64,000 nt of DNA, taken from positions 372,001 to 436,000 of the forward strand of contig CDRNST010000022.1 in assembly GCA_977016875.1 (NCBI GenBank), written 5' to 3'. How positions within the stretch are numbered: the first letter of the stretch is position 1; each line of letters opens with the position of its first letter. Both the position numbers and the translations under genes were made by a program. This document shows positions 48,393 to 59,240 of the stretch, one piece after another. This stretch comes from Pavona decussata (Eukaryota). The notes below the pieces were generated by a model. That model saw only the letters and a list, made by a program, of their open reading frames with translations, was not told the DNA's origin and ran no database searches.

Positions 48393-48851
48393 CATAGGGG
48401 GCCCACACAATGTGTCTGTGTAGCCGATTGTTATTATATAGTAAATGCACTGGATTTACCGTTTGCTTCACCTATAGCGATATATCGCTAACTATGTATA
48501 TAAATCAATGATAAATAAACGTTGAATTACCTTATCAGTGGTATATAGTCGTCCTTTTACCTCAAAAGCGGTTTTTTGAGCGATTTTGAAGGAGTTTGAG
48601 TTCGCCGTTGACTGTTCCTATATATGGAACAGTCAACGGCGAACTCAAACTCCTTCAAAATCGCTCAAAAAACCGCTTTTGAGGTAAAAGGACGACTATA
48701 TACCACTGATAAGGTAATTCAACGTTTATTTATCATTGATTTATATACATAGTTAGCGATATATCGCTATAGGTGAAGCAAACGGTAAATCCAGTGCATT
48801 TACTATATAATAACAATCGGCTACACAGACACATTGTGTGGGCCCCCTATG
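48393..48851. mobile_element. 459-bp fold-back transposon with CATAG termini and 7-bp TSD (P-element-like MITE)
   Basis: 226-bp arms that appear to be exact reverse complements around a 7-nt loop (48619-48625). TSD GTGTTTG at 48386-48392 and 48852-48858. Inserted in the NACHT coding region. Confidence 0.92.
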
Positions 48852-49633
48852 GTGTTTGTTGCTGTTATATAAACTGTGGCACCGCGGAGAAGCTTTCTGA
48901 TGCTACTTTGTTGTAAAGACAATGGAGAGGCATCCTCGCTTCCACAGTGTTCTTGTAATCTGACTCATCTTCAGTGGCGATGTCTGACTTTGCAGCAAAT
49001 TCGTCAATCCCATCAAAAATCAAAAGAACTTCGGTTGGGTTTCTAATAATGTAGTCCCAGACCTCATCATTCAAATGTTCCACTGTTTCTGAGCGGCCCA
49101 ACAGCTCATGAATGTTCAGGTCTGTTTCCGAGTTTTAAAAGCGCCTGAGTTTCAGAAGGAAGGCTACACCAAAATGCGTTTCTACATTTTGTTCTTCTTT
49201 GAAAACGTCATCAGAAGCCCACATTCGAAGAAGCTTAGTACACAACATTGTCTTGCCAATGCCTGGACGACCGACAACGAGAACATTCTTGTTTCGAGCG
49301 TCAATAATATGTGCTATTGGTACACACTCAGACCGATTGGCATTGGGTTTTGGGTAAACTGTAAGTTGTTCCTATCTCTCTGTAGGAAAGTCATATTTAG
49401 CCCTGCTTTCATGAATCTCCAAATTGACATAAATTCGATCGATATTTAAATCTTTAGGTGTCGGCCCTTCACCTGTATTAGGGCGGAAAGGTTGCTTAAG
49501 ATCTCTAAGTTGCTCTTTGCCTTCCACAGCACCATTTTTTATGTTCTTGAGTAGTACTTGTAGCTGTGATTGTTTGCGCATGCACTGTTCAGATTGCACT
49601 GTATCTGGCTCTTGTTGGAGTCCTCTTATCATC

Positions 49634-49664
49634 CTGGGCTGAGTTGCTCGAAGCTTGGTTAGCG

Positions 49665-49700
<36 letters not shown>

Positions 49701-49765
49701 CGTCATGGTATTTAACCCGGGTTAGCGGTAACCTCGGTAACCATGCTTCGAGCAACTGGGCTCTG
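49634..49765. mobile_element. PIF/Harbinger-like MITE family B inserted in the NLR linker
   Basis: Homologous (inverted) to 6829-6947, with CTG flanks. Confidence 0.8.
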
Positions 49766-51800
49766 GTGTTCTTGGCCTTCAACAGCTTGTGGCTCTTGTT
49801 GAGCCTGACTGAACGGAATTTGTTAGTGCTACAATTTTTCTTGTGGGGAAACAAGGGTCGGTTTTAAATGATGCGAAAAAACTGCGCGTTTCCCATGCCT
49901 ATTTTTTCCATCTCTAGCTCGTTAAAAGATCCAGACAACCTCAAAAAAAAAAAAAAACGAGAAAGCCATTCATTCCATTTACCACAGTCACAGTCTCGGT
50001 CCAGAAGGTTTTCTTAGTTGCTCTCTGATTGTGACATTCGAAAGTAGCAGGTACTGAAAATCTGTGAGCCAGTGTGTGATTTTGGCAGACGGATGAGACG
50101 AATTATTGCCTTCTCTTCGCGCTAGATTACACTTAAAATTTGAGGGAATGTTACTGGGATAAAGAAATTGAGTCTTAAAAACGATAAAAAAGGATCCCTA
50201 GAAAAAATCTGGTGGCAAGTTGACAACAGTACGCGATAAACAGCCGTCTTCGAGTTCGGTTTCCTTGTTGAAGTTGTCCTTCGGCATCTTCGAGTGCATG
50301 AACTGTTGACTGGATGCAGTGGGAGTAAATCACAGACACAATCGCAACCACAGAGAAGTTAGCAATAACGAAGCCATAAACTGGAATACCGAATTTGTTG
50401 CATTGCTTCTCGTATTTATCGAAACACTTTCCTCGGACGAAGTCCTTGCCGCTAAGTTTCGCATCACAGCGGAAATCAAACTTCAACTTGCTGTTTTCCA
50501 TGTCTGCAAAGATTCCAAACAGAGTCACTCCGAATAGAATCCAAAAAAAAAACTGCTACAAAAGTTTGTTTGTTGAAGATTATATGAGACAACAATTCTT
50601 TAAGAGATTCCATTTTTTTGTTTGGCCGTTTTCGCTTGTTTTATGTTGACACAAAATCGCGGGAGATTGACATCAACTCAGTCTTAAGACATTTGCATAA
50701 AGGAAAGAAACATTTTTAAGAGGGAAAAAGCTTTCAGTTTGCCGCTATGAATATTTACTTTTCACTCGCGCTCGATCCTTGAAAGCCATGGATGGTGACT
50801 GTTAAGTGTTTGCTTGCTGAATGAACTGTGCTATTTCCTCGTCTGGTTGTGTCCTAGAGTGAGATAACGTCGTCTATATAGCGTTGGTTTTGACGCGCTT
50901 CGGTTTAGAATTTCAGTTTCAATTTTTGCCTTTTGTACCCATGGCAGTACCATGAATCTGCAGACAGTCTTTCCCTTTGTCTGCTGCCTCTCTCAGTTTC
51001 TCCCTCGGGAAGTTGGCTCGCTCGAGCTTGCTTTGCTCGTTCACCCGTTTAGCTTGAACTCTCGACCATCACTGCCTTTTTTTTCAAGGCACCAAATTTT
51101 TGTAGAACGCTTTGCGCGTGGCTCAAGACATTGTATATATACTATGACTTTCTCCTTGTTAGCTATTCGAACCCTGGTCCCTTGCGTTCAAGGCAGGTGT
51201 GATAACCACCACACTACAGGCGAACCTACAGTGACATAGTACGTTATATCTTGCTTTTACACAATAACTTACTTTATTCCTTTGATATAACAGCTCATTA
51301 CAGTGATCCTATGTGAAAATATGGCTGATTCAATTAGTATGAATATTTCCTGCTGTCTTTGTTTCTCTTCGTTAGCTATCTCCACCCTCTAATCCCGTGG
51401 CTGGTGGATCCATGGGTGGGGAGGGAGTGACACGTAACTATAATAATTCCCCACTCCAGGAACTGTGAGAAGACAAGTAAAGGATTGCGTATTTACCCCT
51501 CCGAAAACTAAAAGAATTAGTTTTTCAGTGTTGCAAAAGTTTCAAACGCGTCTTGCTAGTGATTTATGCCGACGCTGCTACTTCATCGTTTTTCATTCGT
51601 TTTTGCTGTTTTATCGGAGATTAACTTTTTGCAGCCCCTGAAGAAGGTTAATTTTGTCTTACCGAAATATTGTGCAATAAAATTACCCTTTTTAGCTGTC
51701 CGATCAGCCTTGCATTTGGTTTTACGTTTTATGTTTGAAAATCACTGTTTCCAAAGGCTTTTCAACCGTTTTCAATCTCGTCCGTGTGAACGAAAGCCTA

Positions 51801-51967
51801 TAGACCTATCACTCGGCGGCCATGTTGAGTCTCGGAAGAACAAAAAGCCTTCGGGTTTTGCAAGGCAAGCCTCGGCCAGACGCGAATTCAGTGCGAGTCT
51901 TGCCGTGCAAACACAAAATTTCTTATTCTCCTGAGACTCAACATGGCCGCCGAATGATAAAGGTCTA
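51801..51967. mobile_element. MITE with TAG...CTA termini
   Basis: tagacctatcactcggcggccatgttgagtctc / gagactcaacatggccgccgaatgataaaggtcta. Confidence 0.75.
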
Positions 51968-52274
51968 TCGGGATAAAAGGCCTGGGTTTTCAAATAAAAC
52001 AAAAAAGGATATGCGTGGACGGTGCCCAACGGCCAGTGAGTTGCTTTGTAACATGAACTTAAGCGCAAGTACGGGGAAAAGCGAAATTTTTATCCAGTCA
52101 TGCTTGTGCAACTGCTTCAAATTGTGTCGAAATCGTTTTGTCGTTGCCATACTGGTCGCTGCTATTTCGCTTGTGCTTGTATTAAAAAAAATAGCTGGTT
52201 GAGAAAAAGTCAACGAATTGAAGGTATCCAGTTGGTCATCGCGTCACTTGAGCGATATACAAATGGTCAAAGAG

Positions 52275-52460
52275 GGGTTGTTTCTAGAGAAACTGCTGTG
52301 CTGCGTCGGTGGGGAGTAGAAACGAATGTTTGGTTTATCAACAGAGTTGATAACTAAAGGTAAATTAATCACCGTAAAGAAATTCGAGTGCTGACGTTTC
52401 GAGCGTTAGAACTTCGTCAGAGCGAATCCTTTAGTTATCAACTCTGTTGATAAACGAAAC
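52275..52460 (-). repeat. Penelope-associated short repeat carrying a minimal hammerhead-like core
   Basis: gaaactgctgtgctgcgtcggtggggagtagaaacgaatgtttggtttatcaac is shared with ~46165-46320 and ~30445-30530. The reverse strand at 52390-52425 reads gct-CTGACGA-agttctaacgctc-GAAA-cgtc-agc. Confidence 0.6.
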
Positions 52461-53907
52461 ACCTGATCAGTATAGGCGTCGTGACTGCACGGGTTTTCTA
52501 AAACCTAATCAAAGGTGTAAGCGAAAATCTTTCAATTTTTTCCAATGACCAACGCAAAAATATAACAATCAAAATAGAGTGTATGGTAGAATCAGGAATA
52601 AGGAATTTCTCTTTCGGTAGACCAACCAAAAGTGGAAGTCTGAAAACCTGCTCATAAACGCACTGTCAGACGAGTGTCAAGTTTCCGTCAACCATTACCA
52701 CCATTGAAAATATTCTGTGATGTTTTGGTTTATTGTTTACATATTTGCAGTCTTTGCCATTTTTGAACTGCCCAGTTAAACTACGGCTGATTGACTGCAA
52801 CGTTACTTTCCCCGGTATGCAGATACCTTTAATTAAATAACCTAAACCATGAGTTTAGAAGTGGATCAAAACTTTTTAATGATATCCAAATGAAATGAAG
52901 ATTTTTAAAACTCGTATTTTAGAATTCTATAGTTCACGAGCTTTTTTAATTATTTTTAAAGTTACTGGCTGTATTTACGCTTTTTAGGTTTTTTAGGCTC
53001 TTTTCTTTTTTGCAGGGCCCTTCAGTATTGATATCAGCATTTTATGCTGAAGAGGTCACCCTGGTTAAATCAAGTCTCTGGTTTTTAATTTTGAGAGTCA
53101 GGCTGAAATCAAATGATCGACCAAAGGAGACAAAAACTTTGAACCGGGCTTGTTAACTGTAATTCTGTGAAACACTCTCGTTTACCTGAACGCAGAATTT
53201 AGCCAAGGTATCTCAAGGTGATACAAAGGGTACCAGCGACGGTTTAGGAACCAGACGTTGCGTCTGCCGATGGTCGCGATCGCAAAAAGATCGGCGATGC
53301 TAGCTTCTGGTTTCCTAGGCTATCACTTTAGCTTGACCGGAAATTTTTGGCGCCCTAATCAATCCGTTGCCTTGTACGTTCTCACAGATGAGAATGGACA
53401 ATTCCTACTCGCATAATTTAATGTGCGCGCGGGCTGTCAAATCGGATACTCATGCGCTTAAAATTCACAGCCACTCCGGTTCTTATTTGCCCAAGGCTTT
53501 TCTTGAAGGCGAATTATGCACCGTCCACACATATTTATTTTCGATCGTTTTATTAACTTGAAAACGAATATTTTTTATTTATTTTATTTTTTAAAGAAAG
53601 ATTCTAGTCCACATGAATGCGTGTTCATTCATTTTCATTATCCTGCCACGACTACTTTCTGGTCCAACCTCGTTCCCAGGGTTCTGGGAACGAGGTTGCC
53701 TTCTGGTCTTGCTTCGTCATTGTTTACGTCAGCCTCGGTTTTCATTCGCTTTTGCCGTCCTCTTGCCTGCGAATGCAGACGTATTTTCGGATGTCGCTTC
53801 TGATGAGAAGCGACAACCAAAAATACGTCTGCGTTCGCAGGCTAGCCGTCAAACCTTCGGACAAAATTTTGACCAAACAAAAACACGTTCCGAAACATTT
53901 TCGATTA

Positions 53908-54340
53908 CAGTATTTATTCGATTAACTGCCCACCTTCGAATTAGCGCCCACCTCGTATAACTGCCCACCCTGAAAGCCCAAAAAGTAAATAAGCACCCAC
54001 CTTCGAATAAGCGCCCACCCTACCCCCTCCCAACAAAAAACATATCTGTGCTAGCCCAGCGTGAAGTAAGAAGAGAGTCAGTTGTGTTTCAAAATCGGTT
54101 TTAGATACGGTAGTCAATGAACTTTTATATTGTTTATGGCTTGTTTAAAGCTTTTGCACATTGTTTTGTCTTGTTGAAGCGAAATAAACTTGTTATCCCT
54201 TGTATGGTTATTCTTTAAAAATGTCCTCGCGTGCGGAAAATGTTGGGAAAATAATAAGCGCCTACCCTTGAATAAGCACCCCACCCTTTATGGGCCCAAA
54301 ATTAAATAAGCGCCCAGGGCAGTTAATCGAATAAATACGG
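53908..54340. mobile_element. Tc1/pogo-like MITE with internal ataagcgcccacc repeats
   Basis: cagtatttattcgattaactgccc / gggcagttaatcgaataaatacgg. Confidence 0.7.
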
Positions 54341-54598
54341 CATGTATATTTGAGTGAATGTACAAGCCGCGGCTGCTGAATTTTACAACATGCAAACTTT
54401 ACAGTGTGACACCATTTGCACGCGTAATAAATTTAAAACACTTCAATTTTTCCATGTCCTATGCTCGTGACATAACTGATAAACCACGCACTCTTCACTT
54501 TGCTTTGTTTTGTTTTTTTGTTCTTGCTTCCAAACTGAACGTTCTCAACATAACTCTGTTCAATAAATTGGACGTTATTAACACGTTGTATCGAATAA

Positions 54599-55038
54599 TA
54601 GGGAGTTTAAGAAACGAGGACGGCAACGGTAACGAGAACGTCATTTAAAAATATAACTTCTCGTCTTTGTAACTCTTTCGCAATCATTTAAATTTGTTTA
54701 ACTTGGAAAATGCTGGCGAACTCTCCAGGAACTAAATTAGTATGAACGACGTCAAAGTAAGGAAAAATAAAGAAGATTTTGCGTCATACGCTCCCGTTCT
54801 CGAGAAATTGAAAATGAGAGAAAAACACCTTTCTTTCACAAGGTTCTTGGTTATTCTGTTTCTCTTTTTCTTTTGTTGAGATCAATGCAAATAATAAGAC
54901 CTAAAATTTGGTCATTTCACGTTGTTGTTTTGCAGAGGACGGTAAAGAAATGTACCAAAATGTAAAACGCACGTGCAAAGAGATTGTTTTTGCTCATTAA
55001 GCCCATTGTTTTGTGGCGTTCTCGTTACCGTTGCCGTC
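54599..55038. mobile_element. MITE with TAGGGAG termini (Academ-like)
   Basis: About 43-bp TIR tagggagtttaagaaacgaggacggcaacggtaacgagaacg / cgttctcgttaccgttgccgtcctcgtttcttaaactcccta. Confidence 0.85.
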
Positions 55039-58000
55039 CTCGTTTCTTAAACTCCCTAATGTTCAGTACCTGAACAATGCCCGAAACTTGATGTGCCAAA
55101 ATAGCGCCCGAAAGGTTTTCTTTCTCGAACTGAATTTCGTCCGGAAATTATAAATCCAAACATTTTCGTAGATAAAGTATTTGCGTCTGCTATGTGGATA
55201 AGGATTGCAAACCGATTAAATGCAAATTGTTTTGGCCTGGAATCAACCGATGGGAACTTGTGAGAGTTGCTATCGATTCTGTGTAGTTTCCTCCGAGTCG
55301 GAAGGATAGCTGCATTTCCAGGCCGAACTTAGAGTCGAACTGAAGCGAGAGTTAGTCAAAGCTGGCCAGATTTAAACATTTCTTAAAGTACGTCGAGGTA
55401 CGCGTTTGCTAGAAACCAGCGCAAATTACCAGCGGTTGATGGAGAGATCGAACGAGAAGAACACACAACAGCCGGTAAAAGTGTTTTTCCGTGTGTCGAA
55501 TTTTGCGCAATTTCGCGTGCATTCGAGTGTTTTGATCTTTTGCGGATTGCGCACGTTCGTCCTTTTTTTTTTTTTTTTTTCACAGATTTTATTCAGGAGC
55601 ACAAATATAGAAATTATGTAAATCAACAGGGAAAAATGAGGAGGGATTCTTCGCAGTTTCGCCAGTCATTAATTCAGAAGCCCACGCTGAAACAATTTGG
55701 TCTCAGTCTGTTCTCCTCGCTTTGCTCTATGGCGGCGTTATACACTTGATGCCTACGCACGGTGCCCAAGCATTAGCGCGAAACTGCATTCTGTTCACCT
55801 TTGATCATCAGACCATTTGTAGGTAAAATGAAAAGAATAATAATGATAAATAAATAAAAAGAGCAGAAGCCTATGGATAAATTGCCTGGATACTAAACTC
55901 ACGGAATCTTGTGCCGAGAACCTAACTTAATTTTTGGTGCGAGCACAGAGCTGGGACACAAAGTGTGAACGCCAGCTAAGAGAAAAACCTGTTGGTTTGT
56001 ACAATACAACGCTGAATGATTTTCAGTTTAGGAATACGTAAGTTCGCCTATTTTTTCTGCGTGTCTATGTAATTTAGGACAGATTACCTCATTTGGTAAA
56101 AGTTATAAATAGCTCTCCTTTGAACCATACATCCCATAATTTCACGGCGATCGCTCTGAACTTTGGGATAACACTGGGCGCGCTAACTTGTAAATTTTAT
56201 GCAAATCTCATTTCGTTTTGCGTTTGGATATTCTTTCTCAGTTCCCTTGTCACCAACACCCTTCCGCGTCTGTAGTCCGCTAAACGAAGAAGCTTGAGAG
56301 CACGAAGGCAGTGAATTACAGCGGTGTAATGGCGCTCGATTCTGCGAAGAAGAAACGGTTCGTCTTTTGCGGAGTTTCCGCACCAGAGTTTCCGTGTTTC
56401 GGTTTTGTGACGTCGCTTTCTAACGCTTACATTATTTGTGTGTTTTTTCGCGTTTTCCAGAACGAACCTTCTGAACATCGTAGACAGGCTCGTCGAAAAG
56501 ACTGAAGAGAAAAATGCTGCCATCGCACGGAAAAAAGAGGTATGGTTTGGTAGTTTTTGAGTGTGGCGCACCGCGCAAACCGAACTACAGAACGAGCGGA
56601 ATTTCGCAGCTTTGAAAAGTTGGCCGGTTCGCGACGCGCTTTTCGCTTTCTTGTTGCTATATTCGCTGTAAATCATTTGCGCACGTAAAGATTACGGCAA
56701 AATCGATTCGCTTTTAACTGTTAGACTTTTACGCAACGTTTTGCGTCGAAAAAAGTAAGATTTTCTTTTGCGAAATGTTTAGAATGATTGCGACCGTGTC
56801 CATTTCGCGTTGGCCTTGGGCCTGGATTGCGACTAAAATTTTACAGTTCGGCCGCATTTTCAACCCATTTTATCCCACATTATAATAGTTGTCGCCTAGA
56901 ATAGGCCTTTATTGCTTGTGCTTTCATTTTTAGCGTACGATTTCTTGTTGCGCACCGTCCTAAGTGCTTTCGAGAGCTTGTTAAGGCCCGCACAAGTTTG
57001 GTCAAGCCGGCTGTTACCGTTCTTCTGAAAGATGCGTATCGTCTTTGTACTACTGTGCGAGCAAAAATGGGCAAGTGGATAGCTGTCTAGAGCTTCCTAA
57101 TTAATAAATCCATTATTTTCAATGTGCGCAGCCTTTCTAAGCGGATTCCTGAGCGAAAACTCTTGCGACGCACATCAGCTGTAAAATTCTAGAATCCATT
57201 TCTTTCAGGAACATGGCGCTTAGCCGCCACGAGAAAATGAAACGAGCGCGCGCGGCCTGTGCTAAGAAAAAGAATAAGTGGTGAGTTGAAGATAATAATT
57301 TATCCCTGGCGGAGAATTTTCTTTTTCAAATCCAACTGGTTTTTGCATTGGCGCAAAGCAAATAAATGCGAAAAAGTACTGTTAATTTGGTTGCGTGCGC
57401 CTCTTGTACTTTAAAATATGTTGAGAGAGCGTCGCGAATTTCCGCCTCAGTGCTGTGCGCTTTGTCGTTATTGTGCGTAGGAAGCAATTTATGGATCGTA
57501 TTTCTTTTCTACGATCCAGTTTGGGGTTTTTTGTCGAAAGTTTCGATTGTTCCAGCACAGTACATGGCGAAATCGAGGACGCACTCAGTACAACGCATAA
57601 AATTTTGCGTTAATTATCGCACGGTTTCACGATTCGTTGTTTAGATAGAACGGAGTCTTCGTGCTGAAAAAAGAATCAAATTCGAAGTTAAGGCGACTAT
57701 TCTCGTATTTAAACATCTTCAGATTATTCTTTGTCTGCGCAACACGTTTTGGGGGAGGTGGTGCGAATTTTGTTGCGACAAGTTTAGTTTAAAGTTTCGT
57801 CCCAGGAGGCCAAGAGAAGACTGTTTATTTGGGGGCGGTCGTTGAAACGCAACTACTTGAAATTATGTCTGTTTTCTTTTTTCTTTAATCTGTAAAGTCG
57901 TGATGCAATGTCTTACGATCTTTGAACCGTTAAGCCTGAAGGCTGAAGTATTAGCTTTATTGCCAACTATACCAAGAGAAAAATAAAATTAAAAGTCTTA

Positions 58001-59053
58001 ATGAAAGCGTTTAAGGAAAAATGTCCAGCTACATTTCTCGCCATATCGGTTTCAAATTATTCAAAATAGCGATTTTTATACTGTTAGACTTATTTTTCAA
58101 TATTACTTTGAATGCATTTGAAAGGCTGTTGGCATTCACTGCACATCGTGTGAAAAATTACAAAGTAGATTTGGTCATCATATATTACATTCCGTCCAGT
58201 GACTCACCCCCTCCCTTCCCCTCCCTACCTTCTGAGCTTGTACTTTGCAAAGCAGAGTTTACTTCACCTCAAGGCGTTTCTGATTTTGTTAGAATTGGCG
58301 TAAAAACTGCCCCTGGTCTCTGATGTCCCTTAAAAAATCCAAATTCCATTCTAAAAATCCACTTTTTTGTAGGAATTAATAAGCTATTGTGTTGTATTTG
58401 TGTTTGTTTTTGTTTTTGTTTTTTTTTTTTTGTATTGTATTCCATTGTTTTACATTGTAGAAACAAATGTTGTTTAGCGGTGGTGCCCCTTCTTAGAGCA
58501 AAGAATTTTCATTGTTGGTTATGTCGTTACTCTTAATAACCAATCTGGTACCTGGTCCATCGGGTCGAAAATCCCAGAGGTTAGCGAGAAAACACGGAAT
58601 CCATATTCGTATAAGAATCTTTAATGATTAATATTCGATCTGGAATTGAATTAGCAAATACATACGATGATTAAAGACGAAACTAGTTACTATAAAGGAA
58701 AGTAAAAATACACGCAGTTGCGTAACATACGCTGGCAATGATCCTTGCTTTAAACCGAATATATGAAACTACGAAGCTTAGAATAACAAATGAAAAGATC
58801 AAACAAACTTACTTCATGACAGGATTCTATGTTAACAAAAACAGATCACGTCCAAAACCAAAACTTGTAAACCGAAAACGCTCCGAATAGCAGCAATACT
58901 AAAATCTAATCCGATGTCCGACCTATTGAAATTGCAGACTAATTAGTTACATATTTAGACAGCATTTGGTATGATCAAACGGAAATCAGGTCTCTTATAA
59001 AGTTATTTAAAAAGTCACGCAATCGTCAAACAGTCACAGAAACAGTACCCATA

Positions 59054-59240
59054 GGGGAGCAGGGATGATGCAGTGGTGAGGGCTCTTGCCTTTCACCAAT
59101 GTGGGCTGGGTTCAATTCCCAGACTTGCCATCATATGTGGATTGAGTTTTTTGTTGGTTCTTGTCCTTGCTGTGAGAGTTTTTTCTCCGAATACTCCAGT
59201 TTTCCCCTCTCCTCTAAAACCAACATTTCCAAATTCCAAT
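59054..59240 (+). mobile_element. tRNA-derived SINE with V-domain-like core
   Basis: Homologous to 23312-23545. Confidence 0.75.

Larger units (their letters stand above)
46690..50613 (-). pseudogene. Intronless NLR pseudogene: connexin-like 4TM N-terminus, NACHT, RI-type LRRs
   Basis: ATG at 50613 (MESLKELL). Four TM segments in 49860-50613. Walker A GRPGIGKT at 49249-49272, Walker B LLIFDGIDE, YIPVNCFIIC, LPTKLTEIY, WQVMLQFVAGLL. LRRs of the type L..LNV..NNITDEG.KHLAE.LKH.NC at 46690-47290. Multiple frameshifts, stops (e.g. 49372-49374, 49922-49924) and two TE insertions. Confidence 0.9.

Noticed and set aside
51150-51226. tRNA-Val-like sequence on the minus strand
   Set aside because: Only the D-arm (tagtgtggtggttatcac) and GGTTCGAA are recognisable; the T and acceptor stems do not pair.
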